Below, one piece after another: positions 30,042 through 40,561 of a stretch of DNA of 64,000 nucleotides. The stretch is taken from positions 212,990-276,989 of the forward strand of contig DATMMS010000005.1 in NCBI GenBank assembly GCA_035569605.1. Reading direction: 5' to 3'. The notes beneath the pieces were generated by a model. It saw only the letters and a list, made by a program, of their open reading frames with translations, did no database searches and was not told the DNA's origin. Made by a program: the position numbers and the translations under genes. The DNA comes from Candidatus Solibacter sp. Its GTDB lineage: Bacteria > Chloroflexota > Dormibacteria > DASZGP01. Every line of letters begins with the position of its first letter. The stretch's first letter is position 1.

Positions 30042-31544
30042 GTGATCGCGTCATCCCTGACCGCTTGCTTGGACGGCATCCAGGCTCGGCGTGTCGACGT
30101 CGAGGCCGACATCGCCGCGGGTTTGCCTTCGTTCAGCATCGTCGGGCTTACTGACAAAGCCGTACAGGAGGCTCGCGAACGAGTTCGCTCGGCGCTGCGT
30201 AACTCGGGCTTTGGTTTCCCCGGCCACCGTCTGACGGTTAACCTGGCGCCGGCGGAGCTCCGTAAGGAGGGCAGCGCCTTCGACCTCGCGATAGCGGTCG
30301 CCATCCTTCGTTCGATTCAGCTCCCGGGCCTGGATGGTGACAGTTCGACGGCCGGAGGCAGCGCCTTTATCGGTGAGCTCGGTCTCGATGGCAGCATCCG
30401 GCCGGTCCGGGGAGCGCTGGCCTTGGGCACACACCTCGCCGCCCGCGGTGTCCGACGCCTCTACGCGCCTACCGCCAACGCCGCCGAGGCGGCGGGCTCG
30501 GGCCTGCCGGTACACCCGGTTGGACACCTGACCGAGCTGGTGGCGCACCTTCGCGGTGAGACGCTGATCCCGGTGCAGCATGCAGCATCAGCGGCCGAGG
30601 TGGCGGCGCTGCCCGAGGTTGACCTGGCCGACATCGAGGATCAGGCGGTCCCCAAGCGGGCCCTGGAGATCGCCGCCGCCGGCGGACACCACCTGCTCTT
30701 CACCGGCCCGCCGGGCGCGGGCAAGTCGATGCTCGCGAGGGCCTTCGCGGGTCTGCTGCCGGACCTCTCCGTGGCCGACAGCAAGGAGGTGACCACCATC
30801 CACTCGATCGCCGGGGTTCTTCGAGGAGGGGGGATGATGCGGCGGCCGCCGTTGCGGTCGCCACATCATTCGGTCTCGCTTGGAGGGCTGATCGGAGGCG
30901 GCGCCTCGTTCATGCCCGGCGACCTGACGCTTGCGCACCGTGGCGTGTTGGTCCTCGACGAGCTGCCTGAGTTCCGGCGGGACTGCCTCGAGGCGCTGCG
31001 CGAGCCGCTCGAGGAGGGCAGGTTCCGGGTCAGCCGCGCCGGCGGCACCAGGGTGCTGCCGGCGGACTTCGTGCTGGTGGCCACCGCCAACCCGTGCGCC
31101 TGTGGAGTGGCCGATGCGGAGGAGTGCCGGTGTGCGCCCGACGTCCTGGCGCGATACCAGCGAAAGGTCTCCGGCCCGTTGCGAGATCGCCTCGACCTCA
31201 TCGTTCAGGTCGGCGCGGTGACGCTGACCGGCGTACGCCACGGGCGGGTGCAGCCGGAGTCAGGTCCCGCCAGGGCCCGAGTTGAGGCCGCGCGTGAGCG
31301 CCAGGCGGCGAGGCAGGGCGCCGGCATCTTGAACTCGGCGGTGCCCGGCGCGGCGCTGGGCGAGGTGTGCCGGCTCGACGGCGACGCCGAGGCGTGCCTG
31401 CGGACCGTGTCACATCAGTTCGGATTGACAGGCCGCGGATTTCACGGCGTGCTTCGGGTGGCTCGCTCGATCGCCGACGTCGAAGGCCACGACCGGATCA
31501 CCACCGACGACCTGCTGGAAGCATGCGCGTTCCGCCTCCGCTGA
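30042..31544 (+). CDS. comM: YifB/ComM family Mg-chelatase-like AAA+ ATPase
   Basis: N-terminal Lon-like domain, Walker A GPPGAGKSM, and a C-terminal ComM domain with cysteine motif. GTG start. Confidence 0.85.
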   Translation: MIASSLTACLDGIQARRVDVEADIAAGLPSFSIVGLTDKAVQEARERVRSALRNSGFGFPGHRLTVNLAPAELRKEGSAFDLAIAVAILRSIQLPGLDGDSSTAGGSAFIGELGLDGSIRPVRGALALGTHLAARGVRRLYAPTANAAEAAGSGLPVHPVGHLTELVAHLRGETLIPVQHAASAAEVAALPEVDLADIEDQAVPKRALEIAAAGGHHLLFTGPPGAGKSMLARAFAGLLPDLSVADSKEVTTIHSIAGVLRGGGMMRRPPLRSPHHSVSLGGLIGGGASFMPGDLTLAHRGVLVLDELPEFRRDCLEALREPLEEGRFRVSRAGGTRVLPADFVLVATANPCACGVADAEECRCAPDVLARYQRKVSGPLRDRLDLIVQVGAVTLTGVRHGRVQPESGPARARVEAARERQAARQGAGILNSAVPGAALGEVCRLDGDAEACLRTVSHQFGLTGRGFHGVLRVARSIADVEGHDRITTDDLLEACAFRLR

Positions 31545-32458
31545 ACTGGCGGCGGATCGAGCCTGCGGAGGCGGAATACCCGGCCCTATTAAAGGAGGTG
31601 AAGGCGGCGCCTGGCCTGGACGTGGCCGGGGAGCTGCGGGCCGCCGACGAGGTGGTCGCGATAGTTGGTTCGCGCTTGTCGTCGCCTTACGGCGAGGATG
31701 TCGCCTATGAGATGGCGGCGGAACTGGCATCTGCTGGTTTCGTGGTCGCCAGCGGGCTGGCCAGAGGCATCGACGCGTGCGCCCACCGCGGAGCGCTCGA
31801 CGCGGGCGGCCGGACTATCGCGGTGATGGGCACCGGTCGCGACCGGGTCTACCCGCCAGAGCACTTCTACCTCGCCCGGCGGATCGCCGAGCAGGGCGCA
31901 CTGGTGACCCAATTCCGGGAGGGCACGGCTCCGCTGGCGTCGAATTTTCCCAGTCGCAACCAGACCCTCAGCGGGCTCAGCCTCGGCGTGGTAGTGGTGG
32001 AGGCCAAGCGCCGCAGCGGTGCGATGCTGACCGCCGGCTCCGCCGCCGATCAGGGCCGGCTGGTGATGGCGGTCCCGGGCAGCATTTACAGCCCCACTTC
32101 GGTCGGCTGCCACGAGCTGCTTCGGGACGGTGCCCACCTGGTGAGCTCTGCCGAGGAGGTGGTCCAGGAGGTACGACGAGATCCGCTCTTCAGACTCCTT
32201 GATGTGGCGCCCAAGACGGAGCAGCCACCGGCGTACGGCGACCTTCGCGATGACCTGATGCGCGTGTTGCGCTCGCATCGGCTGAGCCTGGACCAGATCT
32301 GTGGCAGGACCCAACGACCGGCGCGAGAGGTGGCGATGGCGGCGGCCCAGCTTCGACTCGACGGGGCGATAACGTTGCGAGACGGGCTCTACAGCGCCAA
32401 TCGTCACCGCTACGCGGTGCCTTCGAGGTCGGCTCCGATAGGGAATGTCGGAGGTTGA
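31523..32458 (+). CDS. dprA: DNA processing protein DprA
   Basis: Rossmann-like DprA core (IVGSRLSSPYGEDVAYEMA...SGLARGIDACAHRGAL). ATG 31523 was chosen, which overlaps the comM end by 22 nt. The tool's 31367 start is further upstream. Confidence 0.8.
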   Translation: MRVPPPLNWRRIEPAEAEYPALLKEVKAAPGLDVAGELRAADEVVAIVGSRLSSPYGEDVAYEMAAELASAGFVVASGLARGIDACAHRGALDAGGRTIAVMGTGRDRVYPPEHFYLARRIAEQGALVTQFREGTAPLASNFPSRNQTLSGLSLGVVVVEAKRRSGAMLTAGSAADQGRLVMAVPGSIYSPTSVGCHELLRDGAHLVSSAEEVVQEVRRDPLFRLLDVAPKTEQPPAYGDLRDDLMRVLRSHRLSLDQICGRTQRPAREVAMAAAQLRLDGAITLRDGLYSANRHRYAVPSRSAPIGNVGG

Positions 32459-32482
32459 CGCGGGCTTATAGTCTGCACCCAT

Positions 32483-34756
32483 ATGCCACAGGGCCAGACC
32501 GAAGCCTCCAAGCAGGAGGCGGCGGGTACCCATCAAGGGACACCGCTGATCATCGTCGAGTCCCCCTCCAAGGCGCGGACTCTGGAACGCTACCTCGGAG
32601 GGCGTTACCTGGTGCGTGCCTCGATGGGTGCGATCCGCGATCTGCCCAAGAGCGACCTGGGAATCGACGAGGCCAACGATTTCGAGCAGACCTACGTCGT
32701 CATCGCCGGCAAAGAGAAGGTGATGCGCGACCTCAAGGCCGAGGCAAAAAAGGCGTCGCAGGTAATCCTGGGGACTGACCCCGACCGCGAGGGAGAGGCA
32801 ATCTCCTGGCACCTGGCCAAGGAGCTCAAGCTCCAGGATCCGCAGCGGGTGCGCTTCGAGGAGATAACCCGCTCAGGGGTGGAGAAGGCCCTCGCTGAGG
32901 CGGGACCCATCGACACCAACCTGGTAAACGCCCAGATCGCGCGGCGCGTTATCGACCGCCTGGTCGGCTACAAGGTCAGCCCCGTGCTGTGGCGCAAGGT
33001 CAAGCCGAGCATCTCCGCCGGCCGGGTGCAGTCGGTGGCGGTGCGCCTGGTCTGCGAGCGCGAGGAGGAGATCGACGCCTTCGTCGCGCGCGAGTACTGG
33101 ACCATCGAGGCGGATCTGCGGCGACCCGGGCGTGAGCCGGACTTCAAAGCCCGGCTGCTCACGGCCAAGCCGTCGGAGGGCGTCGTGGAGGAGGGGACCG
33201 AGGCTTCCGACGACGCCGACGCCAGCGCGGACGGCGGCCGGCCGGAGCTCGCCGACGAAGCCAGCGCGACAGCCGTCCTGGAGCAGCTGCGTCAGGGCAC
33301 ATACACTGTCGCGTCGGTTGAGGTTCGCGAGCGGGCCAGTAACCCGCGCGCCCCCTACGAGACCAGCACCCTGCAGCAGGATGCGTCCAACCGCATTCGT
33401 TTCAGCCCGCGCAAGGCGATGCAGGTCGCGCAGCAGCTGTACGAGGGCGTCGACCTGGGCGCGGAGGGCCCTTCGGGTCTGATCACCTACATGCGTACCG
33501 ACGACACCCGGGTAAGCAACGAGGCGGTGGGTGCGGCCCAGGGATGGATCCGCCAGAACTACAGCGAGGACTACGCCCAGGCGCGGACCTGGGGCAAAAA
33601 GAAGGGCGCCGCACCAGTGGAGGCGCAGGGCGCGCACGAGGCGATCCGCCCGACCGACGTCACCCGGACTCCGGAGTCCGTCGAGCAGTACCTGACCAAC
33701 GACCAGTTCCGCCTCTACACCTTGATCTGGCGCCGGTTCATGGCCAGCCAGATGGCGCCGGCCCGCTACGAGAACACCCGGGTTGACATCACCGCGGCCG
33801 GCTACACGTTGAGGGCCAACGGGTCGATCCGGCGGTTCGACGGCTTCGAGAGGGTCTGGGAACGCGAGGTCGACGACGATCCCGGCATCCCTGAGCTGGC
33901 TGCGGGAGACCTGCTCGACCTGCTCGACCTGGCGAGCGAGCAGCATTTCACCCAACCGCCACCCCGGTACACCGAGGCATCGCTGATCAAGGAGCTGGAG
34001 GAGCGCGGCATCGGCCGTCCCAGCACCTACGCGCCGACCATCGACACCATCGAGCGGCGCGGCTACGTGCGAGCTGTCGAACGAAGGCTCCATCCGACCC
34101 CGCTGGGCAAGGCGGTGAACGCTTTCATGGTCGCCAACTTCGCCGACCTGGTGGAGTACGGCTTCACCGCCAGCATGGAGGGCGATCTCGACAAGATCGA
34201 GAACGGTACCGCCTGGGTGCCCTTCATGCGCACCTTTAACAACGACCTCGACCACTCACTGGCCAAAGCCACCGACGCCGAGCCGGTGCGGCCCACCGCC
34301 ATGGCGGAACGGACCGGCGAGATCTGCCCCAAGTGCGGCGAGGGCGAGCTGGTCAAGCGTGCCGGCCGCTTCGGCGAGTTTGTCGGATGCTCGCGCTATC
34401 CGGCGTGCGACTACATCAAGGATCGCGAGGAGCGGCCTGCGGCGGTCGAGACCGGCAAGGCGTGCCCGACGTGCGGCAAACCGCTGGTCATGAGGCAAAG
34501 CCGGCGAGGCCCCTTCATCGGCTGCTCCGGATACCCCGATTGCCGCTACACCGAACAGGTGGAGGGGGGCTCGCCGGGAGCGGCGAACCGGCCCGAGCCC
34601 ACGCTTCTTGACGAGGCGTGCCCGGTGTGCGGCAAGCCGATGGTCATGCGTCGCGGGCGCTTCGGCGAGTTCAAGTCTTGCAGTGACTATCCAAAGTGCA
34701 AGGGCCCGGCGCGTACAGGCACCACTTCTCGCAAGCGGACTGCTAAAAAGAGCTGA
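32483..34756 (+). CDS. topA: DNA topoisomerase I with three C-terminal C4 zinc ribbons
   Basis: TOPRIM N-terminus (LIIVESPSKARTLERYLG), the catalytic region, and three CxxC...CxxC zinc-ribbon repeats near the C-terminus. Confidence 0.9.
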   Translation: MPQGQTEASKQEAAGTHQGTPLIIVESPSKARTLERYLGGRYLVRASMGAIRDLPKSDLGIDEANDFEQTYVVIAGKEKVMRDLKAEAKKASQVILGTDPDREGEAISWHLAKELKLQDPQRVRFEEITRSGVEKALAEAGPIDTNLVNAQIARRVIDRLVGYKVSPVLWRKVKPSISAGRVQSVAVRLVCEREEEIDAFVAREYWTIEADLRRPGREPDFKARLLTAKPSEGVVEEGTEASDDADASADGGRPELADEASATAVLEQLRQGTYTVASVEVRERASNPRAPYETSTLQQDASNRIRFSPRKAMQVAQQLYEGVDLGAEGPSGLITYMRTDDTRVSNEAVGAAQGWIRQNYSEDYAQARTWGKKKGAAPVEAQGAHEAIRPTDVTRTPESVEQYLTNDQFRLYTLIWRRFMASQMAPARYENTRVDITAAGYTLRANGSIRRFDGFERVWEREVDDDPGIPELAAGDLLDLLDLASEQHFTQPPPRYTEASLIKELEERGIGRPSTYAPTIDTIERRGYVRAVERRLHPTPLGKAVNAFMVANFADLVEYGFTASMEGDLDKIENGTAWVPFMRTFNNDLDHSLAKATDAEPVRPTAMAERTGEICPKCGEGELVKRAGRFGEFVGCSRYPACDYIKDREERPAAVETGKACPTCGKPLVMRQSRRGPFIGCSGYPDCRYTEQVEGGSPGAANRPEPTLLDEACPVCGKPMVMRRGRFGEFKSCSDYPKCKGPARTGTTSRKRTAKKS

Positions 34757-35244
34757 TGGCGAAGCGCAAGCGGCCGGAGGCGAAGACGCCGGCGGCCAAA
34801 ACCGGCACGGCCGGCCCACCTCCAAAGGAGGGCGCGCCTAAACCGTCGAAGCAGACGACGGCATCGAAGACAAACCTCGCGAAACCATCAGCCGCGGCCC
34901 CTCCGACATCCGCGGGCTCCCCGACCGCCACCCGCGGAAGCGCCAACGCAACCTCGAGGAAGAAGCCGGCAGCCAAGCTGACCCCGTTCGATCCCGAATA
35001 CGAGCGCCCCATCTCGGAGCTGCCCCCGCTGGTCTTCCCGAACTCGGAACAGTACGAGTTTCGCCTCAAGGCCGAGGAGCGACGCCGCACCCGGCTGCGC
35101 AACGAGACCGTATTCGGGGTGGTGCTGGGCGTGATCGGAGTGATCGTCCTGGTCGCGGCGCACACCCCTGGATTCCTCGGGTTGGCCGCCATAGCGGTGG
35201 TCGCCATGGCCGCCTACGAACTGATGGTCTCGGGGCTGGAATAG
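34756..35244 (+). CDS. hypothetical protein: Lys/Ala/Pro-rich histone-tail-like N-terminus plus a C-terminal two-helix membrane anchor
   Basis: TGATG overlap with the topA stop. About 80 aa of basic low-complexity sequence (AKRKRPEAKTPAAKTG...) followed by two hydrophobic helices. Confidence 0.5.
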   Translation: MAKRKRPEAKTPAAKTGTAGPPPKEGAPKPSKQTTASKTNLAKPSAAAPPTSAGSPTATRGSANATSRKKPAAKLTPFDPEYERPISELPPLVFPNSEQYEFRLKAEERRRTRLRNETVFGVVLGVIGVIVLVAAHTPGFLGLAAIAVVAMAAYELMVSGLE

Positions 35245-35370
35245 GCCCGCTATACTCGTCCAGCCCGGGAGACCGGGTAATACACACGCCCGATATCGAA
35301 ACCGATGGTGCCTCGCGACTGCCGCGGGGTTTATGACGGGCGGAGGCAACAACCAGGAGGTTCACCACAG

Positions 35371-36282
35371 ATGCCTGCAGTCACGCTCAAGCAGCTCCTC
35401 GAAGCCGGGGTGCATTTCGGACACCAGACCAGCCGCTGGAACCCGAAGATGAAGCCGTACATCTTCACGGCTCGCAACGGCATCCACATCATCGACCTGG
35501 CGCAGACCGTCAAGCTGCTTGAAGAGACCTATCAGTGGGTCATCCAGGCCGTCGCCGACGGCGGTTCGGTGCTCTTTGTGGGCACCAAGAAGCAAGCCCA
35601 GGGGATCATCGAAGAAGAGGCCAAGCGCAGCCACCAGTACTACGTCAACCATCGCTGGATGGGGGGCATGCTGACCAACTTCGGGATAATCCAGCAGCGT
35701 TTCGCCCGGCTCCAGGACCTCAAGGAGCTGCGCGACACCGGCGGCTTCGATCACATGCCCAAGAAGGACGCCGCCAAGCTGGAGGATGACCTCGACCGCC
35801 TGGAGCGCAACTTCGGCGGTATGGCTGAGATGAAGCGCCTGCCGGCCGCCGTCTTTGTGGTCGACCCGCGCAAGGAGCACATCGCGGTGACCGAGGCGCG
35901 CAAGCTCAAGATCCCGATCATCGCGATCACCGACTCCAACTGCGACCCCGAGCTGATCGACCACGTTATCCCGGGCAACGACGACGCCATCCGAGCCGTC
36001 CGCCTGATCAGCGCTCGCATCGCCGAGGCGGCCATCGAAGGCCGCGCCGCCCGGCCCCAAGCCGCCGAACAGGACGCCGAGGAGGCCGAGCCGGTGGTCA
36101 CCGAGGCCGAGCTGGCCGAGGCTCCCGCCGCAGATGCCACCATCGAGCGGGTGGAGCCACCGGTGGTGGCCGAGCTCGGTGACGAGGACGAGATCAAGCC
36201 CGAGCCTGAGATCGCCGAGGAGGAGTTCGAGAAGGTTCTCGAGGGCCTCGACGTGCAGGACAAGATGATGGGAGACGCCTGA
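35371..36282 (+). CDS. rpsB: 30S ribosomal protein S2 with an acidic C-terminal extension
   Basis: Start [19 protein letters not shown] with RBS AGGAGG 11 nt upstream. The tool's ORF begins earlier at 35305. Confidence 0.9.
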   Translation: MPAVTLKQLLEAGVHFGHQTSRWNPKMKPYIFTARNGIHIIDLAQTVKLLEETYQWVIQAVADGGSVLFVGTKKQAQGIIEEEAKRSHQYYVNHRWMGGMLTNFGIIQQRFARLQDLKELRDTGGFDHMPKKDAAKLEDDLDRLERNFGGMAEMKRLPAAVFVVDPRKEHIAVTEARKLKIPIIAITDSNCDPELIDHVIPGNDDAIRAVRLISARIAEAAIEGRAARPQAAEQDAEEAEPVVTEAELAEAPAADATIERVEPPVVAELGDEDEIKPEPEIAEEEFEKVLEGLDVQDKMMGDA

Positions 36283-36923
36283 TGGCCGAAATCACCACCG
36301 CCCTGATCAAGGAGCTTCGAGATGCCACTAACGCCGGCGTCCTGGATGCGCGAAAAGCGTTGCAGGAGGCCGATGGGGACATCGAGAAGGCCAAGGATTG
36401 GCTGCGTCAGAAGGGCATCACCAAGGCCGGCGAGCGCGCCGGGCGGACCGCGGCCGAAGGTGTCATCGGCACCTACGTGCACCACAACCACCAGGTCGCG
36501 ACCCTGGTGGAGCTGAACAGCGAGTCCGACTTCGTTGCCCGCAACGACATCTTCAAGGACCTGGCCCGCGAGCTCGCCATCCACATCGCGGGAACCGGCC
36601 CTCGATGGGTCACACGCGACGAGGTACCCGAGGCGATCGTTCAGCGCGAGCGCGACATCGCCATCGCCACCGCCAGGGACCAGGGCAAGGAGGCGATGGC
36701 CGACAAGATCGCCGAGGGCAAGCTCAATGCGTTCTTCGGCGAGCATTGCCTGATGGAGCAGAAGTGGGCCAAGGACGACAAGAAGAAGATCCAGGAGCTC
36801 GTCGACGAGGCCATCGCCCAGCTCAAGGAAAACATCGTGGTGTCGCGTTTTGCCCGCTTCAAGGTCGGCGAGGCTGCCGTCGTCGACGCCGGGCCCGGCG
36901 GCGAAGTCTCGGGCGAGGCCTAG
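36282..36923 (+). CDS. tsf: elongation factor Ts
   Basis: [24 protein letters not shown]-like N-terminus and the EF-Ts core. Confidence 0.9.
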   Translation: MAEITTALIKELRDATNAGVLDARKALQEADGDIEKAKDWLRQKGITKAGERAGRTAAEGVIGTYVHHNHQVATLVELNSESDFVARNDIFKDLARELAIHIAGTGPRWVTRDEVPEAIVQRERDIAIATARDQGKEAMADKIAEGKLNAFFGEHCLMEQKWAKDDKKKIQELVDEAIAQLKENIVVSRFARFKVGEAAVVDAGPGGEVSGEA

Positions 36924-36933
36924 CCTGACGGCA

Positions 36934-37662
36934 ATGGCATCGGGGGCCGCCCAGGCGCCGAAATACCGGCGCGTGCTCCTCAAGCTCAGCGGTGAGGCGC
37001 TCCTCGGCCCGTCCGGCTTCGGCATCGACCAGGACACCGTCAGCACCATCGCTCGGCAGGTTAGTCGCGTTCGCGACCTGCACGTTGAGGTCGCCATCGT
37101 CATCGGCGGCGGCAACATCTTCCGGGGCAACTCCGCCGGCGGCATCGACCGCACCCAGGCCGATTACATGGGCATGCTGGCCACCGTCATCAACGCGCTG
37201 GCGCTGCAGGACGCGCTCGAAAAGATCGGGGTGCCTACGCGAGTGCAGTCGGCGATCGCGATGGCCCAGATCGCCGAGCCGTACATCCGCCGCCGCGCCG
37301 TCCGGCACCTGGAGAAGGGTCGCGTGATCATCCTTGCGGCGGGGACAGGAAACCCGTACTTCACCACCGACACTGCCGCCGCGCTGCGGGGCGTCGAACT
37401 CAGCGCCGACGTCATCCTTAAGGCAACCAAGGTCGACGGGATATACAGCGCCGACCCGCACAAAGACGCCAGCGCCGAGCGCTACGCCAGTCTCAGCTAC
37501 CTTGACGTGCTCAACCGGGGCTTGACCGTGATGGACAACACCGCCATCACAATGTGCATGGACAACAACCTGCCGATCATCGTTTTCGACCTGATGCAGG
37601 AAGGCAATATCGAGAAGGTGGTGCAGGGCGACGAGATCGGGACGCTGGTATACGGTAGGTAG
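36934..37662 (+). CDS. pyrH: UMP kinase
   Basis: Start at [23 protein letters not shown]. Amino-acid kinase fold motifs are present. Confidence 0.9.
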   Translation: MASGAAQAPKYRRVLLKLSGEALLGPSGFGIDQDTVSTIARQVSRVRDLHVEVAIVIGGGNIFRGNSAGGIDRTQADYMGMLATVINALALQDALEKIGVPTRVQSAIAMAQIAEPYIRRRAVRHLEKGRVIILAAGTGNPYFTTDTAAALRGVELSADVILKATKVDGIYSADPHKDASAERYASLSYLDVLNRGLTVMDNTAITMCMDNNLPIIVFDLMQEGNIEKVVQGDEIGTLVYGR

Positions 37663-37665
37663 CCG

Positions 37666-38238
37666 ATGGCAGATGAGGCGATGATCGAGGATCTCCTTCG
37701 CGAGGCGGAGGTGAAGATGCAGAAGTCACTCGATGCATTGCACAAGGAGCTGTCCACCATCCGTACCGGTCGGGCAACCCCCGCACTGCTGGAGCGGGTG
37801 CACGTCGACTACTACGGCACCCAGACCGCCCTGCAGCAGCTGGCGCAGGTCCACGCGCCGGAGCCGCGGTTGCTGGTGATCCAGCCCTACGACCGCAGCT
37901 CGATAGCGGCGATCGAGAAAGAGCTGCAGAAGTCGGAGCTCGGCCTCAACCCGTCGAACGACGGGCAGGTCATCCGGATCCCCTTCCCACCGCTGACGGA
38001 GGACCGCCGCAAGGAGCTGGTCAAGGTCGTCAAGCACAAGATCGAGGAGTCACGCGTCGCGATCCGGAACATCCGCCGCGACGAGCAGCACGGGATCCAG
38101 GAGTTCGAGAAGGAGCATCTGATCTCGCAGGACGACGCCAAGCGCGGGCTCGACCACCTTCAAAAGATCACGGACAAGTTCATCGCATCCGCCGACGAGA
38201 CCGGCGCCCGGAAAGAGGCGGAGATCCTGGAGGTCTAG
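37666..38238 (+). CDS. frr: ribosome recycling factor
   Basis: Canonical RRF sequence throughout. Confidence 0.9.
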   Translation: MADEAMIEDLLREAEVKMQKSLDALHKELSTIRTGRATPALLERVHVDYYGTQTALQQLAQVHAPEPRLLVIQPYDRSSIAAIEKELQKSELGLNPSNDGQVIRIPFPPLTEDRRKELVKVVKHKIEESRVAIRNIRRDEQHGIQEFEKEHLISQDDAKRGLDHLQKITDKFIASADETGARKEAEILEV

Positions 38239-38365
38239 GGCTTTAGCGCATCCGGCGGCTGATGCAGTGCCCAAGGTCCATCGCCCTCCACCACCCGAAG
38301 GCGGATCTCGCCGGCGCCCCGGCCTTCGGCATTGCCAGTCCTGGCCGCTGGCCGCCCCGCCGACG

Positions 38366-39010
38366 TTATTGGCGCACGAATCGGACGTGCGTCACCGAGG
38401 CCGACCCGACCATCTCGACGTTCTCGTAGCCGACCGGTCCACCGTCCAGATCGTCAAACAGGCGCTCGCCGCTCCCCAGGAAGATGGGCACGATCGCCAC
38501 GTGCAGCTCGTCGATGAGACGAGCGCGCAGGTACTGCTGGATGGTCGCCGCGCCGCCCCCCAGGCGCACGTCGGCGCCTCCCGCCGCCTCGAACGCCCGC
38601 GACAACGCCGCCTCCATCCCATCGGTCACGAAGTTGAACGTCGTCCCGCCCTGCATCACCAAGGGAGGCCGTGGATAGCGCGTCAGCACGAACACCTGGT
38701 GGTGGTATGGCGGTTCGTCGCCCCACCAACCCTTCCACTCCTCGTCGGGCCACGGCCCGCGGATCGGGCCGAACATGTTGCGTCCGATGATCGTGGCGCC
38801 GATGCCGGTGTCGCCCGCTACCATGAACCGCTCGTCGAGGCCCTCGTCGCCACCCTCCTGGCCGATCATGCGACGGCCGTAACGGGTCGCGAAGACCCAT
38901 TCGTGCAGCCGCTGCCCGCCGACGCCGAGCGGGTCATCAAGGCTCTGCAGCGGCCCGGCGCCGTACCCGTCGACGGAGATCGCGAAGTTATGGACGCGCA
39001 GTTTCGGCAT
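38366..39010 (-). CDS. dihydrofolate reductase-like / RibD C-terminal domain family reductase
   Basis: MPKLRVHNFAISVDGYGAG matches the YwjB/RibD_C-type DHFR-like family. Confidence 0.75.
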   Translation of the reverse strand: MPKLRVHNFAISVDGYGAGPLQSLDDPLGVGGQRLHEWVFATRYGRRMIGQEGGDEGLDERFMVAGDTGIGATIIGRNMFGPIRGPWPDEEWKGWWGDEPPYHHQVFVLTRYPRPPLVMQGGTTFNFVTDGMEAALSRAFEAAGGADVRLGGGAATIQQYLRARLIDELHVAIVPIFLGSGERLFDDLDGGPVGYENVEMVGSASVTHVRFVRQ

Positions 39011-39048
39011 CGCGATTTACCTTACGCCCCGTTTCCGAGTTGCGCTCC

Positions 39049-39498
39049 CTATGCCGGATCTGGGACAGCCGCCTCCATCAGCGCCTTCATCGTTTCGGCG
39101 GCCGCTTCGAGTTGCTTCTTAACCAGTCGCACCACCACCGGCTCGGCCAGTTTCACGAAGCCGCGGCTCTCGCCTCGGTAGACGTTTGTCAGCTTGGTTC
39201 CGTCCTGGGTCGGCTCCAGTGTGCTCTCGAGCTCCAGATGGAACGGGCCGGCGGCCGTTTTGGCGATGAACCTTTGGTTGGGGATGTACTCCGTGTACTC
39301 CTGGGTGATCTCGAAGCTGCGGCCCAAGAACTTCCCCTCGAAGACGATCTTCGTACCGACGCCTAGCGGGCCCTCGCTGGTCGGGTAGGCCTTAGTCAGT
39401 CCGGCGTTCCACTCCGGCATCCGATCGAAATCCTCGAGAAAGGCCCACACCTCACTGACGGGTCGGTCAATGGTTGTCACGATCTCGAACTGGTTCAT
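39049..39498 (-). CDS. SRPBCC (START/Bet v1-like, polyketide cyclase-type) family protein
   Basis: Start at MNQFEIV with GGAGG upstream. SRPBCC-like size and pattern. The tool's longer ORF has a low-complexity N-terminal extension that is unlikely to be real. Confidence 0.65.
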   Translation of the reverse strand: MNQFEIVTTIDRPVSEVWAFLEDFDRMPEWNAGLTKAYPTSEGPLGVGTKIVFEGKFLGRSFEITQEYTEYIPNQRFIAKTAAGPFHLELESTLEPTQDGTKLTNVYRGESRGFVKLAEPVVVRLVKKQLEAAAETMKALMEAAVPDPA

Positions 39499-39774
39499 GC
39501 CATCCTCCTGCCCGGATTTGAATTCCGAGGCTTGTCTCCTCGCCACCAACGTATGCCTGCCCGAGGGCGCGGCCAAGGGTGCGGGGGCCACCGCCGCCAT
39601 GGTGGCAGCACCACCGAGGCCGGATCGGCTCAGCGGGATGGGCTGAGAGAGAGAGGTCTGACGGAAGATGGCCCCCACCGCCTGGTCGGGTGAGGCGCGG
39701 GTTCATCCTTGGCGGCCTGTCGCGCAACCAGTGATGGGTGCTGTTCTGGTGGCGCAAACGATAATCGGGGCGAG

Positions 39775-40503
39775 ATGCAGGTCCCCCGTCACATCGCGAT
39801 CATCATGGACGGCAACGGTCGCTGGGCAAGGGCCCGCGGCAAGCGCCGGCTGGAGGGCCACCGGGCGGGGCTGAAGGCCATCCGCCGGGTTTTGAAGGCG
39901 TGCGACGAGCTGGGCGTCAGTGTTCTCAGCCTCTACGCGTTCTCAACCGAGAACTGGACCCGGCCGCGCGCCGAGGTCGACGGGCTGATGCGCCTCTTCT
40001 CTCAGACACTGGATCGCGAGATCGACGAGCTCAACAGCGAGGGGGTGCAGCTCCGCATCACCGGGCGGCGCGAGGGGCTGTCGGTGAAGCTGCTTCGCAA
40101 GATCGAGGCCGCCGAGGCGCTGACCCGTCCCAACCAGGGGCGGGTGCTGAACCTGCTGATCAACTACGGTGGCCGCGCCGAGATCGTCGACGCCGTCAAA
40201 ACGCTGCTGGCAGCGGGTGTCGACCCCGAGAGACTCACCGACCAGGACATCAGCAACGCCCTCTACCATCCTGACCTGCCCGAGCCGGATCTCGTGATAC
40301 GCACCGCCGGAGAACAGCGGCTTTCGAACTTCCTGGTGTGGGAGACGGCGTATTCCGAGTTCCATTTCACGGAGACCCTCTGGCCGGACTTCGAGAAGGC
40401 GGACCTGGTGGAGGCGATCGCCGCCTTCAACGCCCGGGAGCGGAAGTTCGGTGGCTTGGGCGACCAGGAGCCGGCGCCGGATGAAACCCGTGGCGTCGCC
40501 TGA
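39775..40503 (+). CDS. uppS: isoprenyl transferase (undecaprenyl diphosphate synthase)
   Basis: HIAIIMDGNGRWA cis-prenyltransferase motif. ATG 39775 chosen. Confidence 0.9.
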   Translation: MQVPRHIAIIMDGNGRWARARGKRRLEGHRAGLKAIRRVLKACDELGVSVLSLYAFSTENWTRPRAEVDGLMRLFSQTLDREIDELNSEGVQLRITGRREGLSVKLLRKIEAAEALTRPNQGRVLNLLINYGGRAEIVDAVKTLLAAGVDPERLTDQDISNALYHPDLPEPDLVIRTAGEQRLSNFLVWETAYSEFHFTETLWPDFEKADLVEAIAAFNARERKFGGLGDQEPAPDETRGVA

Positions 40504-40561
40504 GACCATCGGCCCGGCGACCTCCGCCGTCGAGGCGCCGCCCGCTGGACCGCGCCGGACG

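Noticed and set aside
31367-31522. Long N-terminal extension of dprA (Arg-rich MPARRRRRG...) overlapping the comM 3' end
   Set aside because: The extension is Arg-rich low complexity, overlaps 178 nt of comM in another frame, and the DprA conserved core begins after ATG 31523.
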